This document shows positions 51,764 to 62,452 of a stretch of DNA of 64,000 nt, piece after piece. The position numbers and the translations under genes were made by a program. The notes beneath the pieces are model-generated. The model was not told the DNA's origin. It saw nothing but the letters and a program-made list of their open reading frames with translations, and did not search any database. The first letter of the stretch is position 1. Each line of letters opens with the position of its first letter. Source of the DNA: Felis catus (lineage: Eukaryota); assembly GCF_018350175.1 (NCBI RefSeq), contig NC_058368.1:160086001-160150000 (forward strand), given 5' to 3'.

Positions 51764-52427
51764 TGTGGTCACTGGCCTGCAAGATGGCCCACCATGATCA
51801 TTACCTGCTAGAATCCATGATCTTACGTAATTTCCTCCCACATGATTCAGAGCTGGTCTGTGTAAATAACAGAAGTCCGTGGAAGGGACAATGTGTGACT
51901 TCAAACCTGGGTCATATAAGGCATTACAGCTTCTGCCTTGGTGACTTTTGGGTCTTCATTCTGAGGAAAGCCAAGTATAAGGACTCATAGGCAGCCCTGT
52001 GGGGAGGCCCAGGTAGACAACACCTGAAATCTTTTTCAACTTGCCAGATAAATGAGTGAGCCACTTTGCGGGGCACCTGGGTGGCTCAGTGGTTAAGCAT
52101 CCAACTCCTACTCAGGTCATGATCTCATGGTTTGGGAGTTTGATCGCCACATTGACCTCTTTGCTGTCAGTGCAGAGCCCATTTCAGATCCTCTGTCTCC
52201 CCTTCTCTCTGCTCCTCCCCAACTCATGAGTTCTCTCTCTCTCTCAAAAATAAATTAAAACAAAAAGAGAAACAAAAAACCTGACTGCACTCTCATAAAA
52301 GACCCTGAGAAAGAACTACCCAGTCAAGCTGTTTCTGTGGATCCACAGAAACCATGAAAGATAGTTTTTCTTGCTTTGAGCCTCCAAGTTTTGGGACGAT
52401 TTGTTACAAAGCATTACATGCTTACCA
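51764..52427 (+). mobile_element. MLT1-type MaLR solo LTR interrupted by a SINE
   Basis: AAGATGGCCCACCATGATC...TGTGTGACTTC...CCACAGAAACCATGAAAGATA...TTTGTTAC. Confidence 0.7.
52070..52275 (+). mobile_element. CanSINE
   Basis: GGGGCACCTGGGTGGCTCAGTGGTTAAG head, (CT)n, A-tail. Confidence 0.9.
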
Positions 52428-52799
52428 TAGTTACTTATTTCCCCACAATATGAAGATGCAGATATCTGACTTGAAAAGGTGATCTTTGGTGTGCATAGCT
52501 TATAGGAGGTACTCAAAAGTACTAATTGAATGAATGAATAAATGCATAAATGGAAACAGTTAAAAATATAGCATTAGAATTTAGTTAAGATTACAGAAAT
52601 GAATTAGCATTCTGATGACCGGAGAAATATTTTTTATATTGTTAAAACATTTAGCCTCATGGCATGGGGAGAAACTACATAGAATATGTTGAACAATAGG
52701 ACATGACTGTAAAATCCCAGCATATGGAAGAGATGTTCATCTTTACAACAATGTTATGAAAATAAAATTATAAGGGCATTTAATCTGTGGCAGAGACAG

Positions 52800-53340
52800 T
52801 GTGATGGTAAATTTAATGTGTCAACTTGGCTAGTCTATAGTATATAGTTGTTTAATCAAACACCAATCTAGGAGTTTCTATGAAGGTATTTTGTATATGT
52901 GGCTAACACTTATAATCAGTTGACTTTAAGTAATGTAGGTGGGCTTTATACAATAATTAAAGGCCTTCAGAGCGAAAACTGAGGTTTTCTGAAGAAGAAT
53001 TTCTGCCTCTGTAGCATCAACTTCTGCCTTTTCCAGTCTGTTGCTTTATGGATTTAAAATTTACTGGCACGGGGGTGCCTGGGTGGCTCAGTTGGTTGAG
53101 CGTCCGACTTTGGCTCAGGTCATGATCTCGTAGTTTGTGGGTTTGAGCCCCGCGTTGGTTTCTGTGCTGACAGCTTGGAGCCTGGATCCTGCTTCGGATT
53201 CTGTCTCCTCCTCTCTCTGCTTCTCCCCTGCTCATGCTCTGTCTCTCTCTGTCTCTCAATAATAAATAAATGTTAAATAAATAAATAAATAATAAAATTT
53301 ACTGGCCCCTACAATTGTGTGAGCCAATTCCTTAAAAGAA

Positions 53341-53387
<47 letters not shown>

Positions 53388-53450
53388 CATACACATATAC
53401 ACATACACACACTATCAGCTCTTTTTCTCTGGAGAACCCTGACTCATACA
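52800..53450 (+). mobile_element. MLT2-type (MLT2D-like) solo LTR interrupted by a SINE, with (CT)n(CA)n
   Basis: TGTGATGGTAAATTTAATGTGTCAACTTGGCTAG...GAGCCAATTCCTTAAAA...CTGGAGAACCCTGACTCATACA. Confidence 0.85.
53071..53292 (+). mobile_element. CanSINE (SINEC_Fc-like)
   Basis: TSD TAAAATTTACTGGC at 53055-53068 and 53293-53306. Confidence 0.95.
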
Positions 53451-55383
53451 GTGAATATGAATATACTCCCTTTTAAATTAGTTTTGATGCCAAGTGGTCA
53501 GATTGGACAGTAGGCTGTGAGCAGTAGTGACCTGTGAGATATTTAGTACAAGCCACTGAAAACCAGGATGTTTTCTCCTGTTTCTTCTAGTCTGGAAGTA
53601 TGTTGGAAACTATGTGCGCTCTAATGTACCACAGCCAGAAAAAAAAAAGGCATGCCAACTTTACTGGACTGTGATGTGAACAGAATAAAATCTTTGTCGT
53701 ATTAAGTGAGATTTCAAATTTTATTTATTTCACCAGTTTATCCTATCTTGAATAATGTATTATCAAAATAGAAAAGAATGCAATCATCGGCTTATTAATC
53801 AGAGATCATTTGGTTGCAAGCAAATAAAAAACCATCTTAATCCATTTCTTAAAAACGAATGGCTTATATAATTGAGTGGTCCAAGAGAAGATCTCCAGAT
53901 TTATTCATAACTGAATCCAGAGAGTCAAAAACTGTCAGCAAGATTTGGGTCTCATTCTTAGCCTAATTTATCTTTTCCTTTTTTTTTTTTTTTTTTTTTT
54001 TTTGGTACCAACTAGTCATAGGGAATGATTTTGACATTTTGATTCATCTGACTGGGTTATGTCCCTAACTCTGAATCATTCACTGTGGCTGGTCCATGAG
54101 GACTAAAATTCAGGGGCCAAGTTTGTTCAGAGGCCTATTCTTAGAGATAAATAAGGTGGCTGGGGAACTGGTATGATCAGCTCCACTCACATCACAAGGT
54201 TTGGGCATGGGTTAAGGGAGATTATCCAAAGGAAAATTGGGCTGCTCTGATTAGAAGTACAAAGAAAGTCAGGCAGCAAAAGCAACAAATTTTTACCAGG
54301 GGGTAAATAGAAGTTTCTATGTCCTTTGTATCAGGAGAAAAGAAACTGGATTTTATATGTAGAAACACAAATGTATTTGTTGAACATGCTTTTTAAAACT
54401 ACTGAAATGTTGTGGTGGTGAGTGAGTAGTAAGCTGGCTAGGCAACTGACAATTGGGAGAGTAGCTGTTGCAATGTAATAATTCATCTTAATCAAAGATG
54501 AAAAAGAGAATTTTCTACATCAAAAGCATGTATATCAATACTACATCTATCAATGTACAGAAGATGTCACATCTGATTGAAAGCAATTGAAGGGATATTA
54601 CATCTCTCAAGAAATAAAAGCCAAGGGCAAGTTATTCCATATTGAAATCATGATCATAATTATTCATTATTTAGATAATAATGACACATTTAGAACTTGT
54701 TCAGAGAGCAATTAACAAGCTGACTATTCAGCCACATTCTAACCTATTTTATATAATCTGAATAAAACTAGTCAAATAGAAAAACTGATTCAAATGGAAA
54801 GCTCCTTGTTTTTCCATTAGAGTATTTATCTGAATAACTTGCAAGAGGTTATAAAGCACATATATGAATGCGTGTCTGTGTGTATCCATTATTGATCTAG
54901 TTTTGTGATATATAGTTTAATAACTAATAAAGTTAAATAAAAGTAAGTATGAGCACAATTATAAGTCTTATTTTATAAGAAATGATTTTTCTCATTTAAA
55001 ACGTTTAGGGAATGGCTTAATCAGCAACATAGATTGGTAGGGTGCCATTAAGAAGAAAAAAAAATATCCAAATAATCTTTTTTCCCCTTTCTTTTCCTTT
55101 ATGTTTTTTTTTTATAAAGAAAAAATATTGACTGCAAGTATAGAAATCAAGAGTCTACTAGCAGATGGGAAAACAGTGAAGTTTGGAATATGTTAATTTC
55201 CTGCCAACTTTCAGGAATCTGTTCCTGAATTATAACGGGCATGATGAAAGTGGAATTGGTAAGATCAAGGTTTCACAGAAGTTTGGAAGTCAACAGAAAT
55301 TCAGTAAATATTGCGATATATAACAAATATAGATAACATAAATATTAAAGTTGTAAATAAAAGTTTAAAAAGCACCCACTTTC

Positions 55384-55599
55384 GGGGCGCCTGGGTGGCG
55401 CAGTCGGTTAAGCGTCCGACTTCAGCCAGGTCACGATCTCGCGGTCCGTGAGTTCGAGCCCCGCGTCGGGCTCTGGGCTGATGGCTCAGAGCCTGGAGCC
55501 TGTTTCCGATTCTGTGTCTCCCTCTCTCTCTCTGCCCCTTGCCCGTTCATGCTCTCTCTCTGTCCCAAAAATAAATAAACGTTGAAAAAAAAATTTAAA
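55384..55599 (+). mobile_element. Very young CpG-rich CanSINE (SINEC_Fc-like)
   Basis: GGGGCGCCTGGGTGGCGCAGTCGGTTAAGCGTCCGAC head with CpGs intact; perfect 18-bp TSD TAAAAAGCACCCACTTTC at 55366-55383 and 55600-55617. Confidence 0.97.
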
Positions 55600-55815
55600 T
55601 AAAAAGCACCCACTTTCAAAACAAACCACAGGTCAAAGCTATGAAACCTGCACCTATAGGTAATTCTTTTCCTGAATTACTTCAGGAAACTTCCTGTGAT
55701 ATTTTAATCTGTTGTAGCAGATTCTTTCCTAAAGTTTTGAATCAGGCTCACTGCACCTCTATTCAAAGTATGTGGATCCAGTACCTACTATGTCCTGGGC
55801 ACATTACATGCATTT

Positions 55816-56060
55816 AATTTTTCTTTTTTAAATTTTTAAATTTTTATTTATTTTTGAGAGAGAGAGAGGGGGAGGGAGGCTGAGTGTGAGTGGGGGGTGG
55901 GGGGGAGGGGCAGAGAGAGAAAGAGACACAGACTCTGAAACAGCCTCCAGGCTCTGAGCTGTCAGCATAGAGCCCCATGCAGGGCTCGAGCTCACAAACT
56001 GTGAGATCATGACCTGAGCCAAAGTCAGACGCTTAACAAACTGAGCCACCCAGGTGCCCC
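55816..56060 (-). mobile_element. CanSINE (SINEC_Fc-like)
   Basis: TSD TACATGCATTT at 55805-55815 and 56061-56071. Confidence 0.95.
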
Positions 56061-56660
56061 TACATGCATTTCTCAAAGAGGTGACAAGAATTCAGGTCTG
56101 CCTGACTCCAAATCCCATCTGCAGTTTCTCAGTCTGCCACAGTGCCTTACCTGTCACACATGATTTGGGGTATTATGGTTGTACCACCCTATTCCTAATG
56201 ATTCTCTGTTCAGTCCTTCCTAATATGCACAGAGGCTCCATGGAACACTTTCAGCCACCTGATCTCCAGTCCCTTACATAGTTCCAAAAGTATAACATGA
56301 ATCATGCTTCTTAATACTGAATCCCCGTGGCTCTTTAGTCTCACAGGGAGCAGAAGACTTCTGTTAGTATTTTAGCTCTCTTACCCTAGCTGTGTGATCT
56401 TGGACAAATGGGTTAGTGTCTCAGTCCTCATTCTTTATTCCTCTCATTTACCCATGAGATCCTCTGACCTCTGCCCAGCTTTGTGGAACTTCTAGTGATG
56501 CAATGAATTTGACCTTATTTTAAATTATCTTATATTTTTTCTGTTCTTTTATAAATCTTGTGTATCAGGTATGATTTTGATCTGCAATTTTGGGGGAACA
56601 ATATATGACATTTTTTTTTACAACTAATGTGGATTTGAGGCCTGTACTTTTAGTGTAATC

Positions 56661-56661
<1 letters not shown>

Positions 56662-56707
<46 letters not shown>
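56662..56707. repeat. (TG)n microsatellite
   Basis: About 23 perfect units. Confidence 0.95.
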
Positions 56708-56709
<2 letters not shown>

Positions 56710-57914
56710 GGTAAATTACTACTTTTCTTTAGGATTGTGCAAACATTCAAGTGTGTGAAAAATGGGAGAAGATCCTGGTCCTTCATCCATTGTGTTGGTT
56801 GTCATTTAATATTCCTCCTAACAAGTGATGCTGCTGGAAGAGTGGCTTCTCTAACATTTTTTAAGTACTGCTGCTCTGGAAATACTCAGATGGCTTCACA
56901 CAGGTTTTCTGTGCTGACCTTAGGCTTTGTGACCTCTTCTTTGTGAAGAGCCTTAGGTCTTTGAGGCCAGGATTCCAGAGATGTCTAAAAGCTTTCTGTT
57001 CTTTTTAGTCTCTGGCACTGTGAGCAAAAGTATGCGAATGTGCACTAAATATGAAAACCATAAAGTCCTCCAATGCCTTCACTAGTCTCCCAGGAGCTAT
57101 TCTTTCTTCTCTAGGATGAGCCCTTTTCTAAAATTACTCTAAGCACAGTCTCTCTCCACTCCTTCTACTGGGATTACCCAATCTAGTAACCACAGGTGCT
57201 TTGAGTCCCAGTCAAAAGCCTAAAAAGGAGTTGTATTCTTGATGTCCAACAAACTCTTTCTGCCTCTGAAACCCAAAGCTGTTAACAGGAAAGGAAATCA
57301 GTACAATGGTAGAGGTTCCTATTTCTAAGTCTGGGTAGCAGTAATCAAATTAAAATTGCATTTCTTCTGAGACTGTCATATAGGAGTGGGGATAAGGCAG
57401 AAATTATTATCTTAATAAATTATTCTACAACATTGTTTTTCATGTATATTTTAAAAGGATGTCAAAAAATCTAAAGAAGGGATGGTGAATGCATAACTTT
57501 TGCAACCACTGCTTTCCGCCTCACTCATGGAAGATATAGCTAATTAATCATTTCTGTCAATGGTCTACACTTGCTTGTTAATTCACAACATAATGGATAA
57601 GACAGCCAGTACTAATGAATCTGAATTGGAAATTGAAATTAGAATACACTTAACATCTGTTCCATAAATATTATGTAATGTGGAAAATTCTGAAATTTAG
57701 TGATGTTGCCAATGGGGTGGGGGCACAGCAGAAAGATGAAGGTCGGGGGTGCGGAAGGAGAAGGGATGATTGAAGTTCTGTGTTTCAGAACGGTTGTATG
57801 GAACATGCAGCCATCTTCAACCTAGAATTTGCTCTTTAACCTTTGTTCTGAGCACTTTTATATATTGAGTCCGTCCCAGAAAAACCAGGTTTTAGAAGAC
57901 AGATATATTCTAAA

Positions 57915-58122
57915 TTTTTTTTAACGTTTATTTATTTTTGAGACAGAGAGAGACAGAGCATGAATGGGGGAGGGTCAGAGAGAGGGAGACACAGAATCCA
58001 AAACAGGCTCCAGGCTCTGAGCTGTCAGCACAGAGCCTGATGCGGGGCTCGAACTCACGGGCTGTGAGATCATGACCTGAGCCGAAGTCGGCCGCTTAAC
58101 CAACTGAGCCACCCAGGCGCCC
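57915..58122 (-). mobile_element. CanSINE (SINEC_Fc-like)
   Basis: TSD GACAGATATA(T/G)TCTAAA at 57898-57914 and 58124-58140. Confidence 0.95.
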
Positions 58123-58424
58123 TGACAGATATAGTCTAAAGAAATGTTTAATAATCTTTCAAAGTTACTTGGTTAAACATGAAATTTCTAGATAAGAATT
58201 CTGGAAATTACTTTTTTAGTGGTCTACCTATTCTTTTACTGATGATGAAGACCCTGTGAAACCAAATTAATATCATAAAGTTAATAAAACAATTTAAAGA
58301 AAATACAAAAGAGTTGGATGTTCCCAAAGCTTACTACCTTCAAGATAAGACAGTATCATGGATCCTTCTCTAAAATAGAAATGTACATGATGAACAGACT
58401 AGTGAACTCATGTTGTGAATGGTC

Positions 58425-59073
58425 TAGTATAGTAGGGTTCTCTAGAGAAACAGAACCAATAGGAAACGTGTGTGTGTATGTATATATGTGTGTATATCTA
58501 TATCTATATCTATATCTATATCTATATCTAGATCTATATCTAGATCTACATATCTATGTAGGTCTATCTCTAGATCTATATATCTATAGATATAGATATC
58601 TATCTATCTATCTATATCTATAGATATAGATCTATATATCTCTCTCTATATATATCTATATCTATAGATATAGATATAGATCTATATATTTATATATATC
58701 TGTATCTATAGATATAGATCTATAGATCTATAGATCTAGATATAGATCTATAGATATAGATCTATAGATCTATAGATCTAGATATAGATCTATAGATCTA
58801 TAGATCTATATCTATACATCTATCTATATCTATATAGATCTATAGATATAGATATAGATATATATAGATATAGATATATATCTATAGATATATATCTATA
58901 GATATAGATCTAGATATATCGATATAGATATAGATCTATAGATATAGATATAGATCTATAGATATCTAGATCTATATATCTATAGATATAGATCTAGATA
59001 TATCTATATAGATATAGATCTAGATATCTATAGATATCGATATCTATATCTAGATATATCTAGATGTGAGGCT
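58425..59073. repeat. Left arm of inverted repeat around the NUMT (LTR end, TATC/GATA tract, 9 bp of NUMT)
   Basis: 58425-58491 is the exact reverse complement of 60317-60383; 59045-59073 is the exact reverse complement of 60061-60089. Confidence 0.93.
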
Positions 59074-59303
59074 CAGGGAAGGGGGAGTAGTAGTGCAATT
59101 TCTAGGTCGAATAGCAAAAATGTGATGGCTACTAAGAAGAATTTTATGGAGAAGGGTAAGCGGGCAGACCCTATAGGATCAAATCCGCATTCATAGGGGC
59201 TTGCTTTTTCTGCATAGATGTTTAGTTGGGGTAATCAGAATGCGATGAGCACAAGCAGTGTAGACAGGAGTGTGTTGGTAAGTAAGGCGAGTATTACGTT
59301 TAT
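59065..59303 (-). pseudogene. ND3: NUMT ND3 5' part (about 80 codons)
   Basis: Mito-code translation [79 protein letters not shown], truncated. Confidence 0.95.
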
Positions 59304-59372
59304 TATTCCTTTTCGGGTTATACCGAAACTGGTTGATTGGAAGTCAACTGTACTTATTAATACTAAAGGAAT
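59304..59372 (-). tRNA. TRNG: Mitochondrial-type tRNA-Gly (TCC), NUMT pseudogene copy
   Basis: 69 nt ATTCCTTTAGTATTAATAAGTACAGTTGACTTCCAATCAACCAGTTTCGGTATAACCCGAAAAGGAATA between COX3 and ND3; acceptor stem ATTCCTT/AAGGAAT, anticodon TCC. Confidence 0.93.
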
Positions 59373-60064
59373 AGGATCCTCATCAATAAATAGAAACGTA
59401 TAGGAATAGTCAAACTACGTCTACGAAGTGTCAATATCAAGCAGCGGCTTCAAATCTGAAATGGTGATTTGATGTAAAGTGGTATTTTAGTTGGCGTAAG
59501 AAGCATACAATTAGGAAAGTAGAGCCAATAATTACATGTAGTCCATGGAATCCTGTAGCTATGAAGAAGGTAGATCCATATACTCCGTCCGAGATCGTGA
59601 ATGATGTTTCATAATATTCGGAGGCTTGGAGGAGTGTAAAGTAAACTCCTAAAGAGATTGTAATAAATAGTGCTTGGAGCATGTGTTTTCGATTTCCCTC
59701 CATTAAACTGTGGTGAGCTCAGGTGATTGATACTCCGGAGGCTAGAAGCACGGAAGTATTAAGTAGTGGAACTTCCAGGGGATTCAGGGGAATAATGCCT
59801 GTTGGCGGTCAGCATCCCCCTAGCTCGGGGGTTGGGGCTAGGCTTGAGTGGTAGAAGGCCCAGAAGAAGCCTGCGAAAAAGAATACTTCTGAGATGATAA
59901 AGAGGATTATTCCATATCGAAGGCCTTTTTGAACAATAGGTGTATGATGGCCTTGGAATGTGCTCTCTCGGACAATGTCTCGTCATCATTGATACATAGT
60001 TAATAGGTTAGTAGTTATTCCAAGGGTTAGCAGTAGTGTTGAGTTGTAGTGGAATCATATAGCC
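59373..60064 (-). pseudogene. COX3: NUMT COX3, lacking roughly the first 30 codons
   Basis: Mito-code translation AMWFHYNS...[16 protein letters not shown]...[14 protein letters not shown]...[22 protein letters not shown] plus incomplete T stop; one AGA (mito stop) at 59455-59457. Confidence 0.96.
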
Positions 60065-60383
60065 TCACATCTAGATATATCTAGATATATCTATAGATAT
60101 ATCTAGATCTAGATATATCTCTAGAGATATATCTAGATCTAGATATCTATAGATATCGATATCTATATCTATAGATAGATATATCTATCTATAGATATAT
60201 ATATATATCTATAGATAGATATATCTAGATCTAGATATATCTATAGATATAGATATATATATCTAGATATATCTATATAGATATAGACATAGATATAGAT
60301 ATAGATATAGATATATACACATATATACATACACACACACGTTTCCTATTGGTTCTGTTTCTCTAGAGAACCCTACTATACTA
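60061..60383. repeat. Right arm of inverted repeat (inverted copy of NUMT left junction, microsatellite and LTR end)
   Basis: AGCCTCACATCTAGATATATC... through ...GTTTCCTATTGGTTCTGTTTCTCTAGAGAACCCTACTATACTA. Confidence 0.93.
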
Positions 60384-62228
60384 CTATATAGATATAGATA
60401 TAGATATAGATATAGATATAGATATAGATATAGATATGCATTCCTAAGATTTTCAGCTTTCCTTCTATATTTTTATTATAAGGAATTTATTATAAGGAAT
60501 ATAATTGTTTCATGTGATGCTAGAAGTTGAGAAGTCCCAGACCCACAGGATGAGTCAACAGCTGGGGGAGAGCCGATGGTATAGTTCCAGTCTGATGCTG
60601 TCAGGCTTTAGACCCGAAGAACCAATGTTTCAGATTGAGTACGAAGGCAGGAAAAAGTTGAAGTCCCAACTACAGTCAGTCAGTTAGGAGGTCAGTTACA
60701 CGGTCAGTTAGGAGGAATATTCTTTTCTTAGTGGAGGACCATATTTTGTTTTCAGGCCTTCAACAGATTGGATGAGCCCACCCACCCTCATTAGGGAGGG
60801 CAATCTGCTTTACTCAGATTATCAATGTAAATGTTAATTTCACCCCCAAACACAGAAACACCCAGAATAATATTTGATCAAATATCTGGGCACCAAGTTA
60901 ATTTGATACAGAAAGTCAGCCATCAAATCTGGGAACTCTTTTCCCTGAAAGAGCTGAACTGAATACAATGGGATTTTTACCCTTTGAATCTAGCTTTTAA
61001 AAAACATCATGCAGACTGCCACTTATTTTTTTTTATTAGATTTATTTATTTACTTATTTATTTAGTTTCCCTGAAAGGATTTTAGTAGACCAACCAGATT
61101 CACTAGCATTACAATTTCCAGTGTTAGTTCAGGATGTTACTTACCCAGATAACTTAATAAAAGCATATTCAATTCTAGTTCAGAAGCTGACATTATCTAA
61201 CCTAATTCCAAGAGGCCAGCCCATCCAAAGACTAAAAACTCCACTACCTTATTCATATGTTTGCAACTTATTTACTGTGGCTCTAATTTGTGTTAGCTAA
61301 CGTGTATCCGAAATCCACACACAGGCACACTTACACATGCATTGAAACCATGCAACAAATTTTAAAGTAAAATTTCCCTGTAGAAGTTTCCACGTATTAT
61401 TACTTTATGCCCGTTTTCCTTTTTTCCCAATTTGTTTAAATAGCATTTGAAAACTAACTTAGATACTTGGTAAACATTCCTAAGATTTTTGGCTTTTCTT
61501 TCCTTTATTTTCTAATGTAAAAGACAAGCAGCTGAAAGAAAACAGAACCGAATTTGGTTGGCCCTGGTACAAATTTCAACTATTTATATTCCACAGTTAC
61601 CAACCAAAGTTACTTTTAAGAAAATATTAGCCTTAGTCACAGTCTAAATTTTTATCATATCAGCAAAACTTGTAAACTCTGAAATCAAAGCTAATTATAT
61701 CTAGAATTAAATCTAGTTTAGTGGCATTGAATTTATAAAATAAAGTCGCAAGATAATCCTCACTTTTCCAATTCATTTCTGGAAAATGCATTATAAACAC
61801 ATTGCATTTTCCCACAGGAACCTAAAATTGAGAATGCATTCCTGCTAAGTTACTCACCATCAAATAAGTCATGGTTGTGACTAGCGACACATGATAGAAT
61901 CCAAGATAAAATGACAAACCTACAATAAACTTAAAATTATTTTATAAATTCTATAGGACTAGGAAAATGTTTTCTCTATTTTTTTGATATTTTGCTAAAA
62001 AATTCCACTCTAAAATGTTAGCAAGTGATTTAAAATATTAAAAAAAACCACACCATAAATACCATAGTGGTCACAGAAAACATGGATATGGGCCCTCTAG
62101 GGCACCAGTCCCTAAGCTCCTTTGCAGTTCAAATTCCTGTTTGAACAAACTGATACAAAGTTAAATAACTTGTGTTAGGACACACAGCAAGTCAGAGTAA
62201 GAGTCAGTACTAAAACCCAGTCCATTTT

Positions 62229-62275
62229 CTTTTTATGTTTGTTTATGTATTTTTGAGAAACAGAGGGAAAGGGAG

Positions 62276-62326
<51 letters not shown>

Positions 62327-62452
62327 CACAAGCTGACTTTGCACTATATGCACAGAGTGCGACTCAGGGCTGGAACCCATGAACTGTGAGATCATAACCT
62401 GAGCTGAAATCAAGAGTCAGACACTTAACTGACTGAGCTACTCGGGCGCCCC
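62229..62452 (-). mobile_element. CanSINE with long (GA)n
   Basis: Head ends CTCGGGCGCCCC; degenerate TSD TAAAA(C/T)CCAGTCC on both sides. Confidence 0.92.

Larger units (their letters stand above)
59065..60064 (-). pseudogene. NUMT: 1.0-kb nuclear copy of mitochondrial COX3(partial)-tRNA-Gly-ND3(partial)
   Basis: Native mtDNA gene order; reads open only with the vertebrate mitochondrial code (TGA=Trp); embedded in nuclear repeats. Confidence 0.97.
58426..60926 (-). mobile_element. MLT2-type solo LTR disrupted by NUMT, microsatellite expansion and inverted duplication
   Basis: TAGGGTTCTCTAGAGAAACAGAACCAATAGGA is the reverse complement of the MLT2 end seen at 33990-34028; LTR body resumes near 60470 (TTTATTATAAGGAAT...GGAGGGCAATCTGCTTTACTCAG...CAGCCATCA). 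Confidence 0.8.

Noticed and set aside
55384..55460. tRNA-like A/B boxes in SINE heads as tRNA genes
   Set aside because: These are the tRNA-derived heads of CanSINEs, not tRNA genes
58492..59064. Repeat-spacer or CRISPR-like, or transposon terminal inverted repeat, interpretation of the palindromic tracts around the NUMT
   Set aside because: Low-complexity microsatellite with no unique spacers; no transposase or TSD; the inverted arm includes mtDNA junction sequence, which fits repair synthesis rather than a mobile element
59437..59703. 88-aa COX3-like ORF as a functional nuclear gene
   Set aside because: It is only the stretch between TGA(Trp) codons of a NUMT; no promoter, splicing or targeting evidence
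62090..62105. Second CTCF-like motif GGGCCCTCTAGGGCA
   Set aside because: Mismatches at core positions; too weak to call
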